Source: an uncultured Bacillota bacterium
Lineage (GTDB): Bacteria > Bacillota > Clostridia > Christensenellales > Pumilibacteraceae
Assembly (NCBI GenBank): GCA_949294845.1
Contig: CASFJH010000047.1
Span: forward strand, 8,712 to 72,711
Direction of reading: 5' to 3'
DNA length: 64,000 nt
The position numbers and the translations under genes are program-made. The notes under the pieces were generated by a model. The model was not told the DNA's origin, did no database searches, and was given only the letters and a program-made list of their open reading frames with translations. This document shows positions 9,832 through 18,677 of the stretch, piece after piece. The first letter of the stretch is position 1. Every line of letters starts with the position of its first letter.

Positions 9832-11055
9832 TCATTTCACAGCACTTGAAAGACCGGCGTCGATAGCGCAGTACAGCGCGCCTTTGATCTCGGCCTCCCC
9901 TGCGTCCATACTGGCGTTAAATACTTTGGTAGTAACGTGCGAATATGTATCGTCGAGCATTGACTGCACCACGCTGCGGTATTTTTCGCCGAAAGCCATA
10001 TTCATTCCCGCCAAAACTACCGAATTGAGATCGAGGAATTCCGCAAGATTGCGTATAACGCAAGCCATTATCTTGGCGTGCATCGTAATGGTCGCAGCGC
10101 ACAGCGGATCCCCCGCCCTGAACGCCGAAATTATATCGCCGATCGCCACTTTTCCTTTTTGAGAATATATCTCCGAAAGCGACGATTCGGCTCCGTCGGC
10201 CAGCTCGGATTCTATGATTTTGATCAGCCGTTCGGTAGAACATGAGCTGGTGAGCGTATTATGTTTATAGCGATTGAAATAATCGTTTATTTCGTTGTTT
10301 ACGTCAATAGTCATAAGTCCCAGCTCTCCGGCGAAACCGTTATGTCCGTCGTATATCTGGCCGTTAAGACAAAGCGCGCTCCCCAGACTGGATACGTAAA
10401 GAGTGTCCTGAATTTTATCGCCTAAAGTCCCGTATCTTTTTTCCCCTATAAAAGCAAAATGCAGCATATTGCGGATGACTACGGGCACCCCGAATTCGCG
10501 TTCAAAAACCTCTTTAAGATTGATGTTCTCATAGTCGCGTACAAACGGCGCATACACAAAAGCGCCGCTGTGCTTATTGATTTTGCCCGGAGCGGCTATG
10601 CTTACGGCAAGCAGCCTTCTGCCCTTGCATGCAGGCGCCGAAAGCAGCTCGCGCAATTTCCCTTTTATAAATTCAACGTCTTCTATGCCGAGCTCGGCGT
10701 AAGGCGCCTGCTCGTAAGAAGCAATTATTTTTCCCGAAAGATCGGCTACGTTAATCAAAGAAGAGGAAGTCAGCATGACCGAAACGACCAGCCCGCCTTC
10801 CGGATTTATTCCGACAACTACAGGTCTGCGGCCTTTGAATGTCTGCTCCGAATCGCGGCGGACAACCAGTCCTTCTCCTTCCAGCTCTTCGACAATACCG
10901 GTAACGCCCGAGTTGCTCAGCTCCAGATGTTTGGACAGCTCGCTGCACGACAGCTCGTTGTCTACAAGCAACTTAAGTATAGTAAGCTTCTTAAGCGTTC
11001 GCGTATTCCCGATGCCGCCGTCCTGCTTCCATGCGTGTATGGCAGATTCAGTCAT
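9832..11055 (-). CDS. ROK-family transcriptional regulator (N-terminal wHTH plus sugar-kinase-like fold)
   Basis: N-terminal HTH region LKLLVDNELSCSELSKHLELSNSGVTGIVEELEGEGLV followed by a ROK-like body. Preferred start MTESAIH at 11055 (GGAGG 8 nt upstream); the track ORF starts at 11094. Confidence 0.75.
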   Translation of the reverse strand: MTESAIHAWKQDGGIGNTRTLKKLTILKLLVDNELSCSELSKHLELSNSGVTGIVEELEGEGLVVRRDSEQTFKGRRPVVVGINPEGGLVVSVMLTSSSLINVADLSGKIIASYEQAPYAELGIEDVEFIKGKLRELLSAPACKGRRLLAVSIAAPGKINKHSGAFVYAPFVRDYENINLKEVFEREFGVPVVIRNMLHFAFIGEKRYGTLGDKIQDTLYVSSLGSALCLNGQIYDGHNGFAGELGLMTIDVNNEINDYFNRYKHNTLTSSCSTERLIKIIESELADGAESSLSEIYSQKGKVAIGDIISAFRAGDPLCAATITMHAKIMACVIRNLAEFLDLNSVVLAGMNMAFGEKYRSVVQSMLDDTYSHVTTKVFNASMDAGEAEIKGALYCAIDAGLSSAVK

Positions 11056-11226
11056 CAATATTTCCTCCATGTTTTCAAAGACAGTATAAACCATAAAATC
11101 GCGTTTGTCAATACTTTTTTTATTTTTTTTGAAAAAAATATGCCAATATTTGGTGCATGTATAACATTTTTGCCATAATATTCTATGTTGTTTTTTCTTT
11201 TTTTGAAATAATTTTTGATTTTTCTC

Positions 11227-11255
11227 TTGACAACGTAACTTTTAAATGCTATATT
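11227..11255 (+). promoter_or_regulatory. SigA-type promoter for the GH20-like gene
   Basis: TTGACA (11227..11232), 17-nt spacer, TATATT (11250..11255). It lies about 50 nt upstream of ATG 11307. Confidence 0.55.
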
Positions 11256-11306
11256 TATGTTAACTTATTATCATACAACCGAATTCCGGCTGATTGAGAG
11301 GGAAAC

Positions 11307-13424
11307 ATGAAAAACACTTATCGCATTTATCCATACCCAATGAAAATTACGGAAACCGACGGATTTTTTTGCGGTACACCTTATTGTGACGAAAGCGATC
11401 CGTCATACGACGGCATAAGAGATTACTTCGGAGCCGGCGATACTGCGATAAAATTCTCTTCTTCGCGCCCGATGCCGGAAGAAGCTTACATACTTACCGT
11501 TTCACAAGACGGCATTTCAATTGAGGCGGGCGGATTTGCCGGACATTTTTACGGCGCCATGACCTTGTGGCAGCTTAAAAAGCAATTCGGTACGCATATT
11601 CCCTGCCTGACCGTATGCGACTCTCCTGTAGTAAGCCACCGCGGAGTTCAGATATGCTACGGACAGGTAAACGTGGAATATCGCCGGGATTGGATCTTCC
11701 GTTTTATACGCCAGATGGCCGAAATAAAGATTAACGCCGTATATCTCTATCTCGAGTGGGACTTCAATTACGCCTGTCTCCCCCACGTTAACGGCTCACG
11801 GTTTATAGGCGGCGCACAGGCGCGGGAAATAACCGATTACGCAAAACGTTATAATATAAAAATCATACCCTCCGTAAACCTTATGGGACACAGTTCCGGC
11901 CTGCTTTCGCTTCAGAAATATCATAATCTTATGGAATACGATTGCGCAACGCAGACCGAACGTACTGCGCTTACCGACGCGCTGTGCCCTTCCAATCCTC
12001 GCCTGAAAGAACTAATTAAACTGTTCGTAGACGAGCTGTGCGAGTGCTTTGACAGCGATATAATCCATGTCGGCGGAGATGAAGTCGCTCTTATCGGCAC
12101 CTGTCCGGAGTGCAAAAAGCTCTTTTCGGAAGTCGGCCGCATGGGAATATACCTCGAGTATTTTATTTATATAAACGGGTTGCTGAAATCGCACGGCAGA
12201 AAAATGGGCGTATGGGGCGACCAGATACTTATCTTCCAACCGGGGAGCAAATTCTGGGTGGACAAGGAAATCGAGACGAAATTCTTCGAGCAGAATAAAA
12301 AGCTGTTCGATCACATACGGGACAATACAATTATATACGATTGGTGGTACGAAGGCGGCAGTCCCGAATCCATAGCGTTTTTAAAAGAAAACCGTCTGCA
12401 ATTCGTCTCCTGCTCTTCAACAAACGGCTGTTATACAGCCGGAATTACTCTTTCGCAGCAGAAGAGCCAGAGGAGTCTGTACAAAGACGCCCTTTCTTCA
12501 GGCGCTTACGGTATTCTTACATGCGACTGGATGAACTACATCGGTTACCATGCGGAGCTCGGCGGACTGAATCTGGCAAGCGGCGCTTTGTTCTCATGGA
12601 GCGGTACGGACAGATTCGATACGGACGAATCGTTCGAGCGTTTCAGAAGAATATACGCATTATACAGATACGGCACGGAAGCCATTGTGGATTATCTGCA
12701 CATGACAAGCGATTATAATTCCGAATTGCTTGCGCTGTTTCCGCAGAAATTCAGGGGCAACGCCCTTCGCAAATCGGTGTTTTTCAGCGATAATCCGCTG
12801 GATATATTCATGCGTTTCGACGTGTTTTTCTCCGACGGCAAGCTGGCGGCATATAAACGCGCAATAGATAAGCTGGAAAAGCTTTGGGATAAAGCGTCCT
12901 CCGAAACGGACGATCCTTGGTTTTATCTGCAGAAAATGCCTCTGTTGGTTCATCAGCAGATTTACAGGCGTTACGTCGCGTTCGACGCCTTTTACCGCGA
13001 ATACGACAAGTCAGCGAATATGCAGTTTGACGACACGGCCGGTTTCCGACGCGCCATCGGCCGCTGCAAAAGGATATTAAAAGCTCATCGCGACAACGAT
13101 TACGCCGAAATTATTGACTATGCGGAGGAAATCTGCAATAAGCTCGGCATGGACTACGCTTCGGTGCTTCGGCTTAAAAAAACGCGCGATAATCTGAACA
13201 AATTGATCCGCTTCCTTACCCGCATGACTCAGTCCGATCGCAGTCTGCCCTACGTCGGTATGCTTTCGTCGTATCTTTTTACGCGCATCGAGTCCCCTTT
13301 CTGGTATCCGCGATCATACGAATGGGCTAAAGAACAGCCGCCGTTCGTTTCATACGAAGTCGACGACAGGTCGCTCGCCATGTGCTACGATTTTGACTAC
13401 GATAAACTCAATCCGCTTAAATAA
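11307..13424 (+). CDS. GH20-like beta-N-acetylhexosaminidase family protein
   Basis: 705 aa. Motifs: SHRGVQI..., NLMGHSSG, and the catalytic-pair-like IHVGGDEV (GH20 H-x-G-G-D-E). It is divergent from the ROK regulator. Confidence 0.6.
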   Translation: MKNTYRIYPYPMKITETDGFFCGTPYCDESDPSYDGIRDYFGAGDTAIKFSSSRPMPEEAYILTVSQDGISIEAGGFAGHFYGAMTLWQLKKQFGTHIPCLTVCDSPVVSHRGVQICYGQVNVEYRRDWIFRFIRQMAEIKINAVYLYLEWDFNYACLPHVNGSRFIGGAQAREITDYAKRYNIKIIPSVNLMGHSSGLLSLQKYHNLMEYDCATQTERTALTDALCPSNPRLKELIKLFVDELCECFDSDIIHVGGDEVALIGTCPECKKLFSEVGRMGIYLEYFIYINGLLKSHGRKMGVWGDQILIFQPGSKFWVDKEIETKFFEQNKKLFDHIRDNTIIYDWWYEGGSPESIAFLKENRLQFVSCSSTNGCYTAGITLSQQKSQRSLYKDALSSGAYGILTCDWMNYIGYHAELGGLNLASGALFSWSGTDRFDTDESFERFRRIYALYRYGTEAIVDYLHMTSDYNSELLALFPQKFRGNALRKSVFFSDNPLDIFMRFDVFFSDGKLAAYKRAIDKLEKLWDKASSETDDPWFYLQKMPLLVHQQIYRRYVAFDAFYREYDKSANMQFDDTAGFRRAIGRCKRILKAHRDNDYAEIIDYAEEICNKLGMDYASVLRLKKTRDNLNKLIRFLTRMTQSDRSLPYVGMLSSYLFTRIESPFWYPRSYEWAKEQPPFVSYEVDDRSLAMCYDFDYDKLNPLK

Positions 13425-13508
13425 ACGCCGGCACAAGCCTGCCCGGCTTCAGCCTTGCGCTCGCGCACTACGAAAGTTGATTGGAGTTCATATTAAAAAC
13501 CGCAATAT

Positions 13509-13543
13509 AAAAAACCGCGAGGCGGCTGCCGCGCGGTTTTTTC
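13509..13543 (+). terminator. Rho-independent, bidirectional-looking terminator
   Basis: AAAAAACCGCG-aggcggctgc-CGCGGTTTTTT, lying between convergent genes. Confidence 0.7.
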
Positions 13544-13564
13544 TGATAGATAACTGAAACGTGT

Positions 13565-14593
13565 TTACAATTCGTAATGCATGGGATTGGTCAGATAATG
13601 TATTTCGTCCAGCTCGTCAGAGGTTACATACCCGGCAGGAGCGTTAAGCAGCGACGGAATACGGTTGACGATAGTTGCGCAGGTATGCTCAACGGTGGCA
13701 GGCTTGACAACGTGGAACTCCGTATCGGGTTCGCCGGTGATCCACCAATCGCACATATCTCCGTCGTCCGGTCCGTAAACCTTTCCTATCGTTTCCTCCT
13801 CGATCACTATGCCCTGATAGGTCTCGATAGTGACTACGGCGGACATACCTATGCAGCGACCGGCTTTGATGTCCTTGCCGAGAGTGGCGCTGTAAAGATC
13901 CTTATCCCCGACATAAGGAACATTTTCCTGTTTGATCGACTTGATCGTCAGCCCGAGCTTATTGCAGATAGCTTCGGCAGCGTTCCACGCATACGACGGC
14001 ACGACTTCCTCGGGATGGGCGATTTCCTTCTCAAACTGCGCTTTGGTAAGATCGCAGCCGTGAGCTTTGGCAAGAGCAAGTCCGTAGTCGTCCACATTGT
14101 AGCTGTACGCGCCCTTGATTTTTTTGATATTATGGCAGCCGCCGGCGACCATTGCAACCATATTGATCCAGAATATGTCCTGCATACCGCTGCCCGTTAC
14201 GGTGCAATTATTGGCTTTTGCCAAAGCGTCGAGTTTATTGGTGAGCGCAGCCGCCGTAGTCCACGGATAAATTGCTTCTTCGCAGGTCGTGATAACATTG
14301 ATACCGCGACTGACGCATTTTTCGACGTGCGGATAGATATCACCGAGAAAACTGAACAGAGTGACTACCGCGACATCGGCGTCGCACTCGTCGAGAACTT
14401 TATCGGCGTCTTTAGAAATGAGCACTCCCGTTTTGACTCCGAGCTCCGCATAATCGCCCACGTCCATACCCACTATTTCGGGATTAACGTCGATCGCACC
14501 TACTATTTCAGCACCTTTCTCATGCAGATACCGCAGGATGTATTTCGACATCTTGCCGCATCCGTACTGTACTACACGGATTCTTTTCATCAT
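13565..14593 (-). CDS. DapB-like NAD(P)-binding oxidoreductase (2,4-diaminopentanoate dehydrogenase / native amine dehydrogenase family)
   Basis: 342 aa. The N-terminus [22 protein letters not shown]... is a Rossmann motif. Length and overall pattern are typical of this family. The family assignment is from memory only. Confidence 0.55.
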   Translation of the reverse strand: MMKRIRVVQYGCGKMSKYILRYLHEKGAEIVGAIDVNPEIVGMDVGDYAELGVKTGVLISKDADKVLDECDADVAVVTLFSFLGDIYPHVEKCVSRGINVITTCEEAIYPWTTAAALTNKLDALAKANNCTVTGSGMQDIFWINMVAMVAGGCHNIKKIKGAYSYNVDDYGLALAKAHGCDLTKAQFEKEIAHPEEVVPSYAWNAAEAICNKLGLTIKSIKQENVPYVGDKDLYSATLGKDIKAGRCIGMSAVVTIETYQGIVIEEETIGKVYGPDDGDMCDWWITGEPDTEFHVVKPATVEHTCATIVNRIPSLLNAPAGYVTSDELDEIHYLTNPMHYEL

Positions 14594-14728
14594 TTTGCTC
14601 CTTTAATAGATAAATTTGTATCGATTGATACTGCTTACAGTATAACACAAAATATTCCGTATGTCAATGGCGGAGCGATAAAAGCGATGTGATATATTAT
14701 GTCGATTTAATGAAAAATCGCACGGAAT

Positions 14729-15754
14729 TCATCTTCCGGCAAAGCTTTTCCACGGCATTTCGGCCTTTTTGTTTTCGGTGAGTATGCCGTAAACCAGATC
14801 CATCATGGGATAGTCTTCCATATTTATGCGACCGTCCGCAGCCTGTTTTCTGAGCGCGCGCCCCACCCGCTCCGAAACCACGTTCGATTCGAGAGTAATG
14901 CCTTCAAGCTGCTTCAGCGCGTCGGGCAGCGAAACTCCGCGGCCGAGCAAAGTGCCTATAAGACGAGTACGACCGCTGAATACGGTGACAAACAAATCGC
15001 CGATGCCGACGTCTATGCTGTCGTCGTTTCCGCCCAGATAGCGGACAAGGCTGCGCATTTCTTTCGAACCCTGAGCGAAAGCCGCCGCCTGAGAATTATA
15101 ATGCTGCTTTGCTCCCTCGCCGCGCATTTTTTCGTTTATGCCTATCGTGAGCGTAACTCCGAACGCATAAGCGTTTTTCAGCGCGACGGAGGCTTCTACT
15201 CCCCGTATATCTTCGGTGAGCGTGATATAATAGTAGTCTGTCTCCATACATTTACGCATCATTTGCAAAGTGTCGCGGTTTTTACCGCAGTACGCAACTA
15301 CAGTCGGATCCTCTGCGACGAGCTCGTAACTGGTGCAGGCGCCGCCGATTGCGCAGATTTCCGCTTCGGGACAAACGGAATTCCAATATTCGGGATAAGT
15401 AAGCAGAGTCCCGTCAGGCAAATCAAGCATACCTTTGGTAACCGATAAAACCGGTATTTTTCCCAGTTTGGGCAAAACCGCCTGCGCGAACCAATCGACA
15501 CCGAAGCTGCTCACGCCGCAGATAACGAAATCCGATCCGTGCAAAGCCTTATCGAATTCCGAAAAATGGTAATATTCCACGCCGTCGGGAAAGTCTACCG
15601 TAAATTTAGGATGCCGCCCCGTTTTCACCGAAGCGTCTATTATCTCGTCGTCAAGCACCGTACCGACAAGCCTTACCGTATTTTTGTTGTGCCGCGCCGG
15701 AAAAACCAGCGCCGAACCCATCATGCCTGCTCCCACAATAGTAACGATTGCCAT
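14729..15754 (-). CDS. GpsA-like NAD(P)H-dependent glycerol-3-phosphate dehydrogenase family oxidoreductase
   Basis: 341 aa. MAIVTIVGAGMMGSAL is a Rossmann motif. The C-terminal helical domain pattern resembles GpsA. Confidence 0.55.
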   Translation of the reverse strand: MAIVTIVGAGMMGSALVFPARHNKNTVRLVGTVLDDEIIDASVKTGRHPKFTVDFPDGVEYYHFSEFDKALHGSDFVICGVSSFGVDWFAQAVLPKLGKIPVLSVTKGMLDLPDGTLLTYPEYWNSVCPEAEICAIGGACTSYELVAEDPTVVAYCGKNRDTLQMMRKCMETDYYYITLTEDIRGVEASVALKNAYAFGVTLTIGINEKMRGEGAKQHYNSQAAAFAQGSKEMRSLVRYLGGNDDSIDVGIGDLFVTVFSGRTRLIGTLLGRGVSLPDALKQLEGITLESNVVSERVGRALRKQAADGRINMEDYPMMDLVYGILTENKKAEMPWKSFAGR

Positions 15755-15814
15755 TTTATTTCTCCTTATAAATTTATTTGCGTATTTCGATCATGAATGC
15801 TATAATAATAATAT

Positions 15815-15828
15815 GTTTTGCGCAAAAC
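15815..15828. promoter_or_regulatory. Perfect 14-bp palindrome GTTTTGCGCAAAAC, a candidate DeoR operator
   Basis: It sits in the divergent intergenic region between the GpsA-like and DeoR genes. The 13-mer TTGCGCAAAACGC recurs at 16651..16663. Confidence 0.4.
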
Positions 15829-15848
15829 GCGCAACCGCGGAGGTCAGT

Positions 15849-16613
15849 ATGTCATTATCCGACAGAGAAACCGAACTTCTCAAACTTCTTTCAGTCGACA
15901 GCTCTGTATCGGTCGAATCGCTTGCACGGCAGCTGTATGTAAGCGTGCCGACGATAAGGCGCGACCTTGCCGTTTTGGCGGAAAGAGGTCTGGTCGTGCG
16001 TACCCACGGCGGCGCGATACTGAAAAACGATTCTGCCGAAACCCGTATGCCCGTCTACCTCAGGCGGCACAGAAACGACCGTGAAAAACGCCTGATTGCT
16101 TCGCTTGCCGTATCTTTGGTTAAGAACGGCGACGTTATAATGATCGACGCGTCGACGACCGCCATGCACCTTGTCCCTTATCTTGCCGATTTCAGCGACA
16201 TAATCGTTATTACAAGCGGCGTCGCAACAGCCATGGCGTTAAGCGAAACGGGGATAAAATCTTACTGTACCGGCGGTTTCATAATAAACAATTCATTTTC
16301 TTACATCGGGCGAGACGCGATAGACATGATACGGCACTATAACGCGGACATATTCTTTTTCTCCTGTCACGGGCTGTCCGACGAAGGCGAAATGACCGAC
16401 TCTTCCCGTGAAGAAAACGAAATAAGGGCGGAAATGCTTCGCCGGAGCCGCAAAAACGTGTTGCTTGCCGACAGCAGTAAATTAGGCGTCCGTTGCTGGC
16501 ACAGCATCGGAAATATAGCCGACATCGATTATGTAGTGAGCGACAGTCCCCTGCCCGAAAGCTTCGGCTCGCCCGTATCGGGCGTAATATGTCCGTCTGC
16601 GACAATACTATAA
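15849..16613 (+). CDS. DeoR-family transcriptional regulator
   Basis: Start at MSLSDRETELLKLL (ATG 15849, GGAGG upstream). The HTH SVESLARQLYVSVPTIRRDLAVLAERGLVVRTHGGA is followed by a DeoR C-terminal sensor domain. The track ORF begins earlier, at 15684. Confidence 0.85.
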   Translation: MSLSDRETELLKLLSVDSSVSVESLARQLYVSVPTIRRDLAVLAERGLVVRTHGGAILKNDSAETRMPVYLRRHRNDREKRLIASLAVSLVKNGDVIMIDASTTAMHLVPYLADFSDIIVITSGVATAMALSETGIKSYCTGGFIINNSFSYIGRDAIDMIRHYNADIFFFSCHGLSDEGEMTDSSREENEIRAEMLRRSRKNVLLADSSKLGVRCWHSIGNIADIDYVVSDSPLPESFGSPVSGVICPSATIL

Positions 16614-16716
16614 CTCACTTTTGCGTAGGAAACAACCCCTGTAAACCTTGTTGCGCAAAACGCTCAAAATTTGATTACTGACAACTGTCCTTTTGCTCAA
16701 CCGCTCAACGTAAAAC

Positions 16717-16745
16717 AAACCGGACGCATATCCCGTCCGGTTTTT
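16717..16745 (+). terminator. Rho-independent terminator after the DeoR gene
   Basis: AAACCGGACG-catatcc-CGTCCGGTTTTT. Confidence 0.7.
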
Positions 16746-16910
16746 ATAATGCATTTAACGCGTATCAGTCTTTAAGCGTTTTATCGTGCGTTAAGACGCT
16801 TGCGGCGCGTTATGAGCCGATAAAACGCCGGATATCAAATAACCGTCAACGCGCCAGCGGGTTCAGTCTGGCGCTCAACGGAACCACAAGTATCGGATAA
16901 AGGCAGCGCC

Positions 16911-18677
16911 CTATTCGAACTGCGCTCTGTAAATTTCCGAATAGAATCCGCCGCGCTCAAGCAATTCTTCGTGTCTGCCCCTTTCGACTATATCGCCGTC
17001 GCGCACTACCAGTATGAGGTCGGCGTTACGGATAGTTGAAAGTCTGTGAGCTATAACGAAGCAGGTCTTTCCGCTCATAAGCCTGAGCATCGCGTCGCGT
17101 ATGACAAGCTCGGTGCGCGTATCGACGTTGCTCGTCGCTTCGTCCAGTATCAGCATTTTAGCGGGAGAAAGCATAGCTCGGGCAATCGTCATAAGCTGTT
17201 TTTGCCCCTTCGAAAGGTTGACGCCTCCGTCGGTTATACGGGTATCGTATCCGTCCGGCAGAGATTCGATATAATCGGAAATATGTGCCTTTTCTGCGGC
17301 AGAACGCACTTCGTCGATCGAAGCGTCCTCTTTGCCGTAAGCGATATTTTCAAATACCGTTCCTTCAAAAAGCCATGTATCCTGAAGCACCATCGAAAAT
17401 GCGGCGCGCAGACTTTTTCGCGTCACTGTCCTTATCTCTTTGCCGTCAATAGTTATTTCGCCCGACTGCGGATCGTAAAAACGCATCAGCAGGTTGACAA
17501 GAGTCGTCTTGCCTGCGCCTGTAGGTCCGACTATGGCAATGGTTTTACCGCTGTCCGCCGTAAACGACAGATCGTGTATTACGGGAGCGTCCGGATCGTA
17601 TCCGAAAGTAACGTGATCGAAAGCGACGTTCCCTTTTACGTCGGTAAGCTCCGAAGCTTCCGGCGCGTCCAGAGCCTCCGGCGCGGCGTCAAGCACGCCG
17701 AACACGCGCTCCGCCGCCGCAAGCGCCGACTGAATCTCGCCCATTATATTCGCAAATTCGTTTATAGGTCCGGAAAACCGTCTCGAGTACAGGAGAAAAG
17801 ACGAAACGTCGCCTATCCTTATCCGCCCGAAAAGATACAGAAGCGATCCTACAGTGCTTATCAGCACCATACCGAGGTTATTGACAAAATTGACCGCCGG
17901 CCCGATCAGGCTGCCGTAATAATCGGCGGCATAATAGGCGTCGACGGCCTGACGGTTCTTTTCCCCGAATTTGTCCCTGATCTGAGGTTCGCGGCCATAT
18001 GCGCGTATGGTTTTCAGTCCGGACAGCATTTCTTCAGAAAATCCGTTGAGCGCGGCGAGTCCTGCGGATCGCTTGCGGAAAAGCGGCCGAACCGATCTGC
18101 TTCTCGTTATCGTTATCCATATTGAAACCGGAACTGTTATTACAAAAACGGCAAGAAGCGTCGGCGATATGAGTAACATTCCTATAAACGAGCCGACGAC
18201 CGTAATTATTCCGGTGGCCGCCTGCAAAATATCGTTGGACAGCGAAGCGTTTACAGTATCGATGTCGTAAGAAATCCTGTTGATAATGTCGCCGGCCTGC
18301 AGTCTGTCAAAGTACCCTACGGGAAGAGTCATAAGCTTGTCGAAAACGTCCTGACGCATACGCCTGATTATTTTCTGGCTCAATCGTATCATCATTACCG
18401 ATAAAATATACGAAAGCAAGGAGGATCCGGCATAGAATATCGCCATAAGTATGCAGTACTTAATGACCGTCTCGAAATCGACTCCCGTTTCGAGATCTAT
18501 CGCGTTTATGGCCGCGCCTGAAAGCATGGGTCCCAAAAGCGCGAGAAGATTGCTCGCCAGCATGAGAATCACTATAATAAGCGACGTGAACTTATACCTG
18601 AAAAAGTATTTGCCCAGCCGCAGCAGTACCGCGCGTCTGTTTCTGATTTTTGCGGGGCGTCTGACGTTATTTTTCAT
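16911..18677 (-). CDS. ABC exporter fused permease/ATPase, the consensus-NBD half of a heterodimer
   Basis: 588 aa. Walker A GPTGAGKTT, Walker B MLILDE, H-loop IAHR. The signature motif is degenerate (LSKGQ). Confidence 0.85.
   Translation of the reverse strand: MKNNVRRPAKIRNRRAVLLRLGKYFFRYKFTSLIIVILMLASNLLALLGPMLSGAAINAIDLETGVDFETVIKYCILMAIFYAGSSLLSYILSVMMIRLSQKIIRRMRQDVFDKLMTLPVGYFDRLQAGDIINRISYDIDTVNASLSNDILQAATGIITVVGSFIGMLLISPTLLAVFVITVPVSIWITITRSRSVRPLFRKRSAGLAALNGFSEEMLSGLKTIRAYGREPQIRDKFGEKNRQAVDAYYAADYYGSLIGPAVNFVNNLGMVLISTVGSLLYLFGRIRIGDVSSFLLYSRRFSGPINEFANIMGEIQSALAAAERVFGVLDAAPEALDAPEASELTDVKGNVAFDHVTFGYDPDAPVIHDLSFTADSGKTIAIVGPTGAGKTTLVNLLMRFYDPQSGEITIDGKEIRTVTRKSLRAAFSMVLQDTWLFEGTVFENIAYGKEDASIDEVRSAAEKAHISDYIESLPDGYDTRITDGGVNLSKGQKQLMTIARAMLSPAKMLILDEATSNVDTRTELVIRDAMLRLMSGKTCFVIAHRLSTIRNADLILVVRDGDIVERGRHEELLERGGFYSEIYRAQFE

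Noticed and set aside
13577-14692. Long antisense ORFs. This 371-aa example overlaps the DapB-like gene. Others of the same kind: 6805..7683, 17046..18125, 40723..41856, 48080..49051, 50069..50827, 51614..52378, 58705..59685 and 61169..61837.
   Set aside because: Each lies entirely opposite a gene with clear family motifs. Their translations are Arg/Gly/Ser/Phe-rich low-information sequences without recognisable domains, SD sequences or terminators. These are typical shadow ORFs of a roughly 50% GC genome.
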